From Squalus acanthias (lineage: Eukaryota): a stretch of 64,000 nucleotides of DNA. A program made the position numbers and the translations under genes. Positions 49,427-62,349 of the stretch are shown one piece after another (within the stretch, counting starts at the first letter, position 1; the number at the start of each line of letters is the position of its first letter). The stretch covers positions 22,196,001-22,260,000 of the forward strand of contig CM059429.1 of NCBI GenBank assembly GCA_030390025.1. The letters are read 5' to 3'. A model generated the notes under the pieces. That model saw only the letters and a program-made list of their open reading frames with translations, searched no databases and was not told the origin of the DNA.

Positions 49427-52400
49427 GGGCTCGATTTTAATTCCCGAGTCGGGTTGCATGGTGGGCGGGTTCGGGAGCCGCTTCCAGCGGGAACAGCTGC
49501 AGAGTTGCAATTTTTATTCAAGTACCTTGTTAATTTCATGAAGGCGTGCTGGCCAGTCCAATGAGTGGGATCGGGTCGGCTGGCCACCTCTGATGACGTC
49601 ACAATAGCCGCTCCTTTTAAAGCGGCCATGCAGCCTGAGCCTTTCCATTGTGGTTTCCTGCACTTCTTTTCAAAGCTATGGCTTCTTCCAGAGGCAAGGC
49701 AGCTCCTTGGTTTAATGATGACTCCCTCCAAGTTCTTGTGGATGCTGTCAGAGGGCGCAGGGAGATTCTCTTCCCTCCTGATGACCGGAGGAAGCCCCCC
49801 TCAGCAGACCAAGTCAGCCTGGCTGTACATTGCTCAGGAGGTGAGCACAAGGTTCATTTATGCACAGTCATGGATCCAGTGCCGCAAAAGGTTTAATGAT
49901 CTTGTGAGAACATCAAAAGTGAGTATCCCATCTCACTTGCCTTCACTCTGCTTCCCTTCTCTTCTCATCACCTGCACTCTGCGTTGTAAGCCTCCTCCTT
50001 CACATCCCACCTTACTCTTACTTCCCTTGCACCCTTTCCTATCCATCTCTGTCTCTGCACTGAATCACTTCAGCATCCTGCCTATGCACCCCTTAGACTC
50101 GCTCTCACTGTTGTGCAGTGACAACAACTAACAATGCACAGGGAAATACTTCCTCTTGGCACCTTACCCCATCTTTGTCTCACTCAAAGCTTCTATGGTA
50201 GGGATTAATCACACTCACTCCATCACTGTGGCTGAAACATCGCTTGTGTCCCTCCTTGCAGGAAAAAATAGCCCACAATAAGAGGGAGAGAGCAATGACT
50301 GGAGGAGGAACACCTACCCTTGCAACATTGACCAGTACTGAAGAGGCAGCAAACTATATTGCTGGAGGTGGCGAGGACCTGTACGTGGGCAATGGAGAGA
50401 CGGGCACACTAGAGGAAGCTGGTGACATAATAGAGTTTCATCACTCTCCGAAAGCAATGGAATATGATGCTCATAGAGAATCGCTTTGTATCATCTGCTC
50501 AAAAGGATCTGTCTGCTACATCAATATCAGATGTCTAATTCAAGCCTTTACTCTCCCACAGGACCATCGAGCGCCCCCCTCCCCACAATCCAGGACGAAG
50601 AACCAGACAACTCCTCAGAGGAACCTGAAGCCTCTGAGGGAGCAGCGTCACCAGGACTCAGCGCACCCAGCACCAGCGCAGCAACGCACCCCTCGGTGGG
50701 GCCATCGTGCGTTAGAGTAGTGTTGCCACCTGGTCGATCACAGTGCACAAGTGAGCATTAGCAGATGGTGGAGATAGTGACAGCAGTGGAGAGTCCTCGG
50801 CGGAGGTCGCAGGACTCCTAGCTCTGCTGAGCTGCATGCAGACGCTGTGCCTCTGGGGCCATCCAGAAAAAGAGCGGTTTGTGAAATACAGGAACAAGTG
50901 CAGGTGTCTCTGGAAGGGTTTGCCTCCAGGGTTAGTGCGAGTGTGGAGAGAATGGAGGAATCCATCTGTAACATCAACACTGCCGTGGTGGAGGCAATGG
51001 CGCATGAAAGCACCACCATGGATAGGATGGCAACCTCCGTGGAAAGGCTGGCTACCTCAGTGGAAAGGATGGCTACGGCCATGGAGGAAATAAATTGCCA
51101 GAGTCAGGAAAACATGGTGACTGTTCAGAATAGAATGACATCTCTGGAGGAGCGATGGGCAGCTATTGAGCAGAGAGACCAGAGCTTCATGGACGTCCTT
51201 TTGAGGAGGACTGCCAGTGCAGATATGGGTCCTCATGGCCCCCCTGAAGTGCAGCAAGGTGCTCTCCTGCCACTTGCCAGCACTGAGGTGCAGCTGACCC
51301 ATGAGAGGGATGTTGTTGGCAGGACAGAAGGAAGTGTGGGCTCCTCTCAAAGCACTCGCACGACCATGCCAGAGACCCACTTTGCAGAGACAACTGAGAT
51401 GGCCGTTTCAGCTCCTGCACAGCCGCAGGAAGAGCAGGCTGTTGCAGAGCTCCCAAGCCCAGAGGACGCCTGCCAAAAGGCGTCTAAGCAGGCGCAGCAT
51501 CCTAGTCAGCAAGGTGCCTCTACATCTGCTGAAGCCACAGGGGAAGCACCATGTAGAAGCACTCGTAATAGAAAGATTAAGCACCTATAGTCACAAGGGG
51601 ATTCACTTGGGTGCTACTTCTTTTTTTATGACTCTTGCTGGTATATTTTGTCATGTGTTAAAGATAAATTATGTCAAACAGTTGATTGTGTGGCCTCTGT
51701 GTTCTGGGAAATGGCAAAAGCACATTGAGGGCTCAGGGCGACTTACATTTGTAATGCTGATGGTAAAAGTGATAGGAAATAAGCGGGTATAGCAGAGATG
51801 AAGTATGACGTTGGACAAGTGTCGCCTGCAATTACAGAGCCATATGGTAGCCACCTATGGTCGAAGGGTAAGCTTATGGTAGTGCGGCATGGCAGTGTGC
51901 ATACCCTGGTTGAAGGCAGCAGTGAACTGGAGGGATGCTGCATTGGTCACAACAGGGCATGCAAGGCTCCCCTCGTTCTCCTCCTATTCCTCTTCTCAGG
52001 AAGATCTGTGGTGAGCCATGCAGCTGCTACTCCCCTGATTGAGGACCAGGATGAGAGGACATAAATGTTTCCCATCCCCTTGCTATAGATTTCATTTGAG
52101 TTAACAATCTTGCAAGCGCACAGTTGAAGTGGCCTGAAATATTTCCATTCATGACACACTGCAGATGGGTGTCAGCTTGAACAGTCAGAAGGTCAGTAGA
52201 TGTGCAAAATGTTATCCCATACCTACAACAGCAAAGTTGTTGCATTTGAATGTCAGCCATGTTTCAGGGGCGCTTTTAAAGCGCTCCACCAATGAATACA
52301 AATCATGTCCTCCAGCAACTCATCTCCTTGAACCTGGCCTGTTTCTGACTAGTCAGGAAACAGGAGCCAGAAGCAGGAAAATGGGAAACCACTATGAAAA

Positions 52401-52606
52401 TAGGTTTAGCAAGGTAGTTAACAGGTTGTTAACTGCCTTAACTACCTGTCCCACCGGTTGGAGACGGGTCAGTTTGGTAGCGGCTAAACAGACACTCAGG
52501 AAAATTGGGTGGGCGGCGGGATGGAGGTGGGTTGGGTGTCTGAAGCGATTTTTCCCAACAGACCCGCCTCCAAATCCGCCTCCTCAGGGCTATTAAAGTC
52601 GAGCCC
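49427..52606 (+). mobile_element. Non-autonomous PIF/Harbinger element carrying the Myb/SANT-like partner gene
   Basis: 15-bp TIRs GGGCTCGATTTTAAT (49427-49441) / ATTAAAGTCGAGCCC (52592-52606), 1 mismatch. Contains a spliced Myb-like gene but no recognisable DDE core. Confidence 0.85.
49678..51590 (+). pseudogene. Harbinger Myb/SANT (NAIF1/MSANTD-like) DNA-binding protein pseudogene; exons about 49678-49918, 50262-50421, 50562-51590
   Basis: MASSRGKAAPWFNDDSLQVLVDAVRGRREILF..[frameshift]..AWLYIAQEVS..SWIQCRKRFNDL | GTGAGT..TTGCAG | EKIAHNKRERAMTGGGTP..| GTGACA..CCACAG | acidic/Ser-rich region and coiled coil. Splice phases are consistent. There is a premature TAG at 50759-50761 and another frameshift before 50847. 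Confidence 0.85.
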
Positions 52607-53073
52607 TTGATTCAAGTTCCCCTTTCTCCCACATTTGCTCTAACACTAAAAATGCTAAGGGAAATGATGCTGGGATACCTTGACCATTTAAATCATGTTA
52701 AAGCATTCTTACAGTAACCACTTCCCCAAATATCCTTTGACTAAGAGTTATGGATTCATCTGGTGCCTTTGATCAATGTAATAGTTTAACAATTCCCAGT
52801 GTCCTTGTATAACCTAATAGCAAAAGTGAGAGGATGTTATGAGTCACATTAAATTCCAACTAAAATTTTGGAAGAAATGTTGAAAAAACAATAAATTTTT
52901 ACTGTTGCTTATACACCAGAGATCATGGTGTCTAAACTGTTGTGGTTGGAAAAAGCTGAACATGCCTATTGAGAGTATAATTTAGTGTGGGGTGGGGTGG
53001 GGGGGTGGGGGGGTGGGGGGGGGCGCGGAAAAAGTTGAAATCTTAATTCTGCAGAATGGAATGAAAAAACATT

Positions 53074-53580
53074 GGGATGGATTTTAACTATCGGGTGGCT
53101 GATCAACAGAACTCACCAGGCAGTGCCTGGTGGTGCCAGCAGGAGACCAGGGCATTTTGAGGACCCGACTTCATTAACATATATGCTGCAGGAACCAAAC
53201 GGGCATCCCAGTGGCTCTGGGCCAGTGTAATATCGGATAGAAGACCTGGAGTGGCAGTGGCCCACATTATTAATGTAGAGTTCGAAGAGCACTGGCCCCA
53301 CAAAAATAAATTTTAGCATTCCCCTTTTTGAGCCTCTTCTGCCATCCCACCAGGTTTTTACTGAGCACAGTGTCCACTAAGGACTCGCTGCCCAATAGGC
53401 AGTTACAATGGCATCAGTATCCTTTGTACGTTATGGGGCCCAGATTAATGAGGCTCCCGCCTGATTCCGGCCCTCGGAACAATGACAGTCGAGCGGGATT
53501 GGGGTGGGTAAGTCTACTACCTCTATTTTAACTCCGCTAACATCCCATTTTCGCCAGGCCGCGGAGTTAAAATCGAACCC
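53074..53580. mobile_element. Harbinger-like MITE with ATT TSD
   Basis: TIRs GGGATGGATTTTAACT / AGTTAAAATCGAACCC with ATT at 53071-53073 and 53581-53583. The right arm is homologous to window positions 14-230 in reverse. Confidence 0.82.
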
Positions 53581-53639
53581 ATTGTTTATATTTGTGAAAA
53601 GAACTATTCGAATGATTGAGGCCTAGAAAACTTAGGAGG

Positions 53640-54025
53640 AAAGACACTCGGAACTTGAATTCAATGGGCAGGAAGAAACAGAGAATGATCTGATGGGAAT
53701 ATGCAAATTAACAAGACTGGCGATGCAGAGGATCAATCGGGGATATTTGGTTTGATGTGGGATAGCAGAGCAAGGGGACATGATTTTAAGCTGAAAAAGA
53801 ATAGATTCAGGGAGGATGTAAGGAAGTATTACTTCAGAGAGGATGACTGATTTTTAGAATAGTTTACCAAGGGAGGTTGTGGGGACAAGTAGCTTGGATC
53901 GCTTAAAGTCAAATTGGACAAGTATCTTGAAGAAAAACACATCATTGCTTACAACTGCTAGGGCAACAAGACGGCAGACTAAATGGACATGTGGACTTTT
54001 CCAGCAATGAGATTTTCTATGTTTC
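53640..54025 (+). mobile_element. Old CR1 3' fragment
   Basis: AGAGCAAGGGGACATGATTTTAAGCTG..GTAAGGAAGTATTACTTC..AATAGTTTACCAAGGGAGGTTGTGG, an RTRGH/RKxFF/WNSLP-like pattern. Confidence 0.6.
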
Positions 54026-54233
54026 TTTAAGCTAGCCACTCCTATTTTTTGTTTTAATATGATTGGTCAATGTTGCACTGTAGCAAGTGATCTTGGCTTC
54101 TTGCTAAAACAAAACCTGGCCACCTGTTACTTTAAGGGACTGTTGTAATTATGAGGGATTTGCAGGTTGGAGGTGTTAGAACTGTCTGCACTGTGTTGCC
54201 TACTAGGGCAGAGTGTTTACTACAGCAGACATT

Positions 54234-54979
54234 GGCCTGGAATTTGTGGTCAGCGGCGAAGTGACGGCACTTGCCGGTGACCTCGAAGAAAGCTGTCCAC
54301 CAGGATCTAGCAATCTCTGTGGTGTGAATTTCAGCTCTCCCGACCTTTGTTTGAATCTGGCGCCAAATCAAACGAATCCTAAGCGTCCAGCAACAGTGAT
54401 GTCATCAAGCTGGCGAAGCAGCCAATCACATTGAAGAATTCTCACAGACAGCAAACCAGGAAGTAAAATACAGAGACTCTAATTTACTTTAAATAAATTT
54501 TAGAGTGCGAAATAAAGATTGGGACATGCACATGATTAAGGTCGAAGCTGAAATATCATAAACAAACTTAAAAAATATATTAAACTTGAAATTCTTATTC
54601 ATATTAATGGAATAATTTGACATTCCACAAATCTAAAATTAGTTTTTCAGGGCCAGAACGTTTGATCAGCAGTCAGTACATCGTTAAAAACCTAGTTACA
54701 CCTCTTTCAACAAGGCTTAAAGTATATGGGGGGTTTTAACAGCGATATTCCATCGTAAAAGGGGAAGTTTTCATCCTTGTATGTGATTTCAACGGATTGC
54801 CAGCTCTGGGGAGTTCCACAGTGCAACCTGTGGCGGAGCAGTGAATGACTGTCCCCAGCTTCAGGATTTCCGCGTTTAGATGCACACGCGCTAAATCCTG
54901 AAGTTGCGGTCAGTTTCAGAGGGGTAATGACTGCAAACGCTGACAGTTTCGCCGTCATTACCACCGCAAAATCCGGGCC
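54234..54979. mobile_element. Harbinger-like MITE with ATT TSD
   Basis: TIRs GGCCTGGAATTTGTGGT / ACCGCAAAATCCGGGCC with ATT at 54231-54233 and 54980-54982. Confidence 0.8.
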
Positions 54980-56624
54980 ATTGTTTATATTGCAGCATAT
55001 TTTCGCAAATGGTTTTAATAGAAAATAAGTTCAGCTTGCCTTCAAATAATTTTGTTGGTGGTGGGGTGAGGCAAGCTTGCAGCACTATCAAGTGCACCAT
55101 GTTTATATTCATTTTATTTGCTTTGTGTGGGAAATACAAAGTACAGTGGCTCACAGAGGTTCTAGCACCACCTTGTGGGGGAAAGAGCTTATTTAAAAAA
55201 AAATGCTTAATGGTGAAATGTATTTGAATCTTCTGAGCTTCCGGCCTAAAATTTTGTTTATGTAAGTGCGTATATTCCTCTCATTACAATATTTCAGACT
55301 CTTTTTTTAGATTTCTTCAAAAATCTGATATCGGGGCGTGTCAAATAAATTGGTCATAAGGTGAATTTTTATAAAGAGGTATGTCCTGATGCTGGACTTA
55401 AATTTGTGTGTTTGACTTAAAACCAGTTTAACTAAGACATCAGTCTGAGAATTTCTGATAGAAAAATCATTTTTTCCGGAAACCAGGAAAAGATATTTCT
55501 GGTGGGACCGCTTCATTTTACACTTTGTGCTTCGAATTGAGCCTCTGTTTTATACCTGAGCAACAGAATTCCTAATTTATTGTGACAAAGTGAAGGTAGG
55601 TTTTACAAGCTAATGCTCCCAGCGCAAACCTATTACATGATGGAGGTCGGCGCTCTTTGCCATCCATTAATGGACCCAAAATCAAATGTGCTGACCACTA
55701 CACCCAAATTCTCTATTTATTCCCAGAAAACAACAGCTAGGATGCGGAATGTTTTGCCCCACTTGATTTTTGAAACTGCGTCAACCACAATATTCAAAGG
55801 AGAACTAGATTAAAAGCTCGAAGAAAAATACTGGGGTATAGGGAAAGCTCAGGAAGATGTCATTCGAGTAAAGTGTCTCTGGTTAGAGGGCCAGCACTGG
55901 CACACTCATTATGGGGCAAATAGCCACTGTCTGTATATTTTTTCATGATTTCTAAGGTGGGTCAAGACTGCAGTTTGTTTTTTTCCTTCCCATCCCTTCA
56001 TTTCTCGTAGACCCTGATGTCCATCTCTTACTCTGTACCCAATACTTGAATTTACTGGGGGTAGTGGAACACTTTGACAATTTGATTTTCAGTGTCAAAA
56101 TCACTGTGGCAACACATTGCCATCGCCTGGCTCCATAGACACAGGCATGGAACTTACACACGCATTTCCTCTTCTCGTGTAGCTTTTATGGCAATAGCTT
56201 TTAACCATGATGTTTATTATAAATGAATCTGTTTTAATGTGGTTTCAAATATACTATTTATTAATGACTGGCAGCACTTGGAGCTGCACATGGCAATTCT
56301 ACATAGATTCCCCAGCAACAGAAGTAGAATACGATTGGTAACAACCCTGCAATCCATAACTATGCCAAATAATCTATAATAGCTGATTTTGACACCTAAT
56401 ACAAACAAAGCATTGAAGCTAATATTACACAATTGTCAATATTCAGTACTAAACATTCTGCTGCAGATATTTTCGTTACCTTCCAGTCAGATGATTATTG
56501 TGCAACGAGTGTTGCAGTTTAAGGAAGCAAACTTCTTCAGCTTGGATAACATTTTGAATATGTCATTTTTATGTATATTTTTATTTCAGCCCCACTTTCT
56601 CAGTGACTTTTCAACTTGGACCAT

Positions 56625-56680
56625 CAGCATTGTTTTGTTTTTATTTCAGATTTCCAGCATCCGCGGTAATTTGCTTTTGT
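56625..56680 (+). mobile_element. Probable 3' tip of a Penelope-like element (a different family from 1521-8877)
   Basis: CAGCATTGTTTTGTTTTTATTTCAGATTTCCAGCATCCGCGGTAATTTGCTTTTG resembles a common shark repeat terminus. Recognition only. Confidence 0.45.
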
Positions 56681-56970
56681 ACATGGTCCTCTCTCTGGGT
56701 CAGAGGTCAAACCACTCGCATGAACTTTGTTCCACATGCCTTGTGCTAAGCTAATCGATGTGAGATGAAATACTGTGAATTTTGAGCTTCTGAAAGATGA
56801 CTCGATGGACCACTAAGTGTAGCCCCAAATGGTACAGTCCAGAACCGATAAAGCTCATTATAATTGTTACTGGCAGGTTTAGAAGTGTCAGTGTACACTG
56901 GATTTTAATGAAAAGTCGTTTTCTTTTCACTTAAGATGTGAATTGCTGACAGCAGTGCTTGACTACATAA

Positions 56971-57339
56971 TTTTTTTTTTTGTTCACGGGATGTGGGCAT
57001 CACTGGCAAGGCCAGCATTAATTGCCCTTGAACAACCGAGTGGCTTGCTGAGCCATTTCAGAGGGCAGTTAAGAGTCAACCACATTGCTGTGGGTCTGGA
57101 GTCACCATATAGGCCAGACTGGGTAAGGACGGCAGATTTCCTTCCCTGAAGGACATTAGTGAACCAAAAGGGTTTTTACGACAATCCGGTAGTTTCATGA
57201 TCAACATTACTGATGTGAGCTTTTTTTAAATTTCAGATTTATTTAATTGAATTTAAATTCCTGAACTCATGTCCCTGGATCATTAGTCCAGGCCTCTGGA
57301 TTACTAGTCCAGTAACATAACCACTACACTACCGTTGCC
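56971..57339 (-). mobile_element. MetaSINE-type tRNA-derived SINE
   Basis: Minus-strand core TTCACTAATGTCCTTCAGGGAAGGAAATCTGCCGTCCTTACC..TGACTCCAGACCCACAGCAATGTGGTTGACTCTTAACTGCCCTCTGAA, a tRNA-like head near 57300-57339, and a 3' tail shared with the LINE at 17698. Confidence 0.8.
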
Positions 57340-60300
57340 TTGACATTTGAAATGCCTGCTAAGCACCTGTCTGAAGAAGGTTGCCAGTTTACATTTTTAA
57401 GTAGCCTACCTTAACAAAAAAAAATTGTCAGCGAGTTTTCTTGTGACCTTTTCAGTTTAGTTTTGAGACAGCTTGGTGCCATAGTGTACAGGCGTAACCC
57501 TGACGTGCCAAAGAATGATATGACATAGCTGTGCCTGCAATTTTCTCAGTGACTTTTCAATTTGGACCATCAGGAGGAGGTGGTGAGCAGAAGCTAGAAG
57601 CAGAAGCATTCCCCACAAATGGGGGAGGAAAATTTTTCATCCGAGGTCATCCATGCCACTTTCTGGAGGCCAGATATTGAGCAGTGTTGGCAGAGGCCTT
57701 TCAACGGTTTGTGTATCTGGCAGTGGATGGCAATACTGCTGGGGGGCTTGGGGCTAGAAAATGCCTATTTTAAACACGAATGATTTGAGGGAAAGGGTGC
57801 AATATATTAGGCTGCCTGTGTTGTTCCATCCTGGATAGCGTTGCCACTAGGATCTGGGTTGGCGAGAAAATCAAAACTCAAGAGGCCATCAAAGTGAAGG
57901 TGAAATGTGATTGGCCAACATGTGGGGGAGCAGTTCACCTTGCATTGGTGAGTTCGCGTCTTTAATAAAGCAACTATGCAATATTTGGTTATATAATCTT
58001 TCCCATTTATGTTAGACATTTTCAGTCCAATTTTATTGATTTCAAGTAATTGAAAAGGGAGAGCAGTCCAGCTTGGGCGCACCATTTGTTTTTGTTTTAG
58101 GAAGCTATGATGCGGGAAGCGTGTTTCAGCAGGAAGAAGGTGTTGAATCCGAACAATTGGAATTGGGGAGTGGTGGCTTTGCAAGGCCATTAATTTGTGG
58201 TTTTCATAGAAAAACAGATGAACTCGTGGAATGTGAGCCACAAAACGCTGTTTGATAATCCTGGAATCTCCTGTCGTAAAAGCAGATGTTGAATTATTAG
58301 TCACAATAAAGCAATGGCTCTGGTCATAACTCTGACTGCATCAGGAAATTGAGACACAACAGAAAGGGATGCTATTGGGTTTAGCTTCTAACTAGACAGA
58401 ACATGTACGGCCCATCAAAACAAGAGATTTTGAAAAGAACAGAGCTCCATTGTACAAGCGGTGAGTTATTGAGACAGTGACGGCGACTGGAATGTCTATT
58501 CACATATTTAATTATCAGACAGAAATAGCTTGACACATTCTTGTCACTGTTCTCTAAACCCTTAATCATACCTTCATTCATAGTGATGTAGCACTGGGAA
58601 AACAGATTGAACAATCTCTCTTCCTGAGGCGGAACGGTTTGTAGCGGAGATGTGCAGGAGACTGAATTGTGCAAGAAAAATGCACAACTGCAATGGTTAT
58701 ATCGGAAATATTTATCTTTTCTGTTGTCCACCTCTTTCCCTTCCCTCTCCCCTCTCCCCTCCCAACTTGCCACCTATACACAAATCCTGGCAGGCAGAAG
58801 TGGGTCACCCTCTTCTACAAGACCTTCTCCTTTTTGCGTTTTGTAACTGCCCACCAAATATCCGATGGCAGCCTGTTTTCTTCTCTGATGACACAGCTGT
58901 GATTCGGATGCTGACGGGTCAAACCCATCGTTTGCCGTGTTAAAGGTCGGATTTACAGTGCCAGCGTTTTGTTCTTTTATGCTGAGAATTGCTTTGGCCC
59001 CTAATTTTAGTGACATTGTAAATGCGTTCTTTTTAAATGTAATCCTGATTCGCTCTCGCCACCCCACATTGCTTTCTGAAAAAGTCAGATACTTAATATT
59101 CACGTGTCTCTTAAGACTGTCCAATAATTATTTTAAAACTAAAGTACTTGTCTGATTTCAGCTTGGTGTTCATTTTACATCCAAGGAGTGGGATTGAGAA
59201 TTCACTGGTCGCTTCAAGGACTGGGGTACAAAGTCATCTCAAAAATATGAAAATCTTCCCCTCTACTAATTCTAAGTGAAGGCCACGCTATGTGAAGCTG
59301 TTGCTGATCATTTTTTAAAAAATGAACCTTCTCTTGGGCATCTTTCTTGAACCATCTTCTCTCCCTTCCCAGATCACACTGCTGAGCCCTGAATACTGGC
59401 ATTTCTCACCCATTCGAAGTTGGTCGGGAATTTCAATCATGGACAGTTCTGACTGATGTGTTGCTTTGGAACACCCTCTGCATCGCTGCACTCAGGCCCA
59501 CCACTAATGTGCCGGCTCCCATTCCCAGCACGATGGTTTCTCTCCTCAGCCCTAGGCCAGCGGTCTTGCTCTCCCCGCTTTCTCTGTGTACCTGCTCCCA
59601 ATTCCATTGAGATTTCCACACCTCTCTGTCGGGCCTCGTTTTTTTCTATTCCCACCTTGAAGCCCGTAAGCTCAAGCAACCCATGTCTCCAGCCATGGTC
59701 TCAAGCTGCCCTAGCTTCAGGCTTCTGTGATGTTTCTTTCACTTCACCTCTCATCTGCTCGTGTGTATATTTTTTTAAATGGTGGAGAACTCCAGGCACA
59801 ATTTCAGAGGTCTGGGAAAAAGTCAGCAGAGGGCAAAGCAGTTGTGTTGGGGAAAGCAGGAAGAGGCTGAAGGAAGGAGAATAGATTTTGATTGGGTGGA
59901 GAAGAGATGATGATAAAACCAAAACGAAGGTAAGGAGGGGCTATGGAAGATCAGGAAGCCAAGGAGAAGCACCAATCAGACGGAAGTGTGGTATGAACCA
60001 AAGTGATTGACAGTCCGTGGTAAACATGTGGCCAATCAGATTCCACAAAATGGAGCTTCAGCGATAGATGCACATTTAATTTTTTTAATTTTATATCTAT
60101 TAATTTAGGTGTGTTCCTAGTGAGGCTGTGTCATGAATTCAAAACTGGCTTGAATTCAGCATTAATTTGCAATCCCACTCAAAAGACTACAAGGCTAGAG
60201 TGGAAAATAAAATGGTGGCCGCTTCACCAGGGATGCTTGTGTATAAGGTTGAGTGAAGTCACATTGATGCAGGGTTGGAAGAACAATACTTTGCATTTGG

Positions 60301-61424
60301 CTCAGAACTGCTATCATTGATAAAATGTTGGGAGTGACGCTTATGATTGATCAGTTGGAAACCTTCCTGATGATGTGTGTTTATTTTTTAACAGTAATGT
60401 TGATCAAACTGACTGGATTTTTAAAATTAAATTGAGCAACTGGCACTCAAAATGAATGATGCTTGGCATGACCCTGTGAGCTGGACCTTGTCACGGCTTA
60501 AAGTGGAGCATTCACAATGGTCACGCTCTCACTTTTTAGTAAGCACAAAAATGTGTACCAAATTTATAATTGCACCATTTTCTATATTTTCCTTTTCAGC
60601 TCTGTCTTGTTTGACCTAAAGAGACCACCTCTTCATCAGGAATATGTTGGTATTTTCACGCATTGTGTTCAAACTGTCACTGGCCCGCTCTGCCAGAAGT
60701 GACTGAGCATCCAGAGCAGGCTTTGGACAGTCAAATGAAGATTCATCAGGGTTTTTTTTTTTAATTCCTTGATTGGAGGCAAAAGAAAGCAATTTCCTTT
60801 TTTTGATAAATGACCTAGTTCTTTCTTTGTTTCTCTGTTGCTCATATGCACACTTCTCTCATTTATTCTTCTTGTATATGGAGGCAAGTGCAAACATATT
60901 CCCAATGGTACATAATATCAGACAATTAAAAAAAAAACCAAGGTATTGAATTTGCGCCACTGCATTGCCAATAGATTTTTCAAACTATTGCTGTGGTTAA
61001 CATAATGGCTGCCAACCCCCTCTCAGCAGCAGTGTAGACTTTGACTACCCACCTTCATTATAAGGGCTGTCGAAAGTATCATTTATTAATGAAAAGCCAT
61101 GTTCAAACTGTTGTTTCATTGCTCCTTTTAAATTATTTATATTAAATCAGACATGGCCGGGGACGCAAAGCAGGCGATATCACATTGGCCGCCTGTTATA
61201 CGCCCCGCCTGATAACTTCTGTTGAAGTCAATGGAATATCGGACGGGCAGCAAAAGCGATTCCGCCAATTCGGCATACCCCGTCCATATCCAATTTCACC
61301 TCAACTGTGATTAAGGAAATGTTCCAAAGATCTATACACTAAACAATGTCAGCAGATTTCTATTACTCTTGCCTGTGGGCTTTGGATGTGAATTTTCATA
61401 CTTTGGTAAGCTGCTCATGCTCAC

Positions 61425-62080
61425 AACAACACTTGTATAGCGCCTTTAACTTAGTAAAATGCCCTAAGGCGCTTCACAGGAGTATTATAAGACAATAAAA
61501 TTTGACACCGAGCCACATAAGGAGAAATTAGGGCAGGTGACCAAAAAGCTCGATCAAAGAGGTAGGTTTTAAGGAGCGTCTTAAAGGAGGAAAGAGAGGT
61601 AGTGAGGCGGAAAGGTTTAGGCAGGGAATTCGAGCTTAGGGCCTAGGCAACAGAAGGCATGGCCACCAAAGGTTGAGCGATTCTAATCAGGGATGCTTGA
61701 GAGCAGAATTAGAGGAGCGCAGATATCTCAGGGGTGGGGGGTGTTGTGGGGCTGAAGGAGATTACAGAGATGGGGAGGGGCGAGGCCATGGAGGGATTTG
61801 AAAACAAGGATGAGAATTTTTAAATCGAGGCCTTGCTTAACCGGGAGCCAGAGTAGGTCCGCAAGGACAGGGGTGATGGGTGAACGGGACTTGGTGCGAG
61901 TTAGGATACGGGCAGCCGAGTTTTGGATAACCTCAAGTTTACATAGGGTAGAATGTGGGAGGCCAGCCAGGTGTGCATTTGAATAGTCAAGTCTTGAGGT
62001 AACAAAGGCCTGGATGAGGGTTTCAGCAGCGGATGAGCGGAGGCAGGGGCGGAGATGGGCGATGTTACGGAGGTGGAAAT
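61425..62080 (-). mobile_element. L2 LINE 3' portion
   Basis: Colinear with, and highly similar to, 16855-17533. Confidence 0.92.
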
Positions 62081-62349
62081 ACGAGTTTACAATGAGAAGG
62101 AAGCAACTTCACTAATGTGATTTTAGAAGAACTGTTATTTTTTGTACCTGTTGGATAAACAAAAACAACAGGATAACGCAGCACCTTTAATACTAACATC
62201 ACAAAACTTAGGATAAAGCTTCAGTGTGTGTAGGGGTGGGTTGTTTAATGTATAACTACAAATATAAGATCCGGATAAATCCTTGATGTGCACTTAGTCA
62301 GAACTGATTGATTTCTAGCACTGATTGAATTCATTTATTTTCTTTCCAG

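Noticed and set aside
50847-51590. Stand-alone 247-aa coiled-coil host gene
   Set aside because: It is the distal part of exon 3 of the Harbinger Myb-like pseudogene, inside the TIRs.
52987-53028. G-quadruplex-capable G-tract
   Set aside because: Simple low-complexity run, common in such genomes, with no supporting context.
9700-62300. Numerous 60-160 aa ORFs in the track outside the annotated repeats
   Set aside because: Random-length ORFs, often with non-ATG starts, and no domain or splice support.
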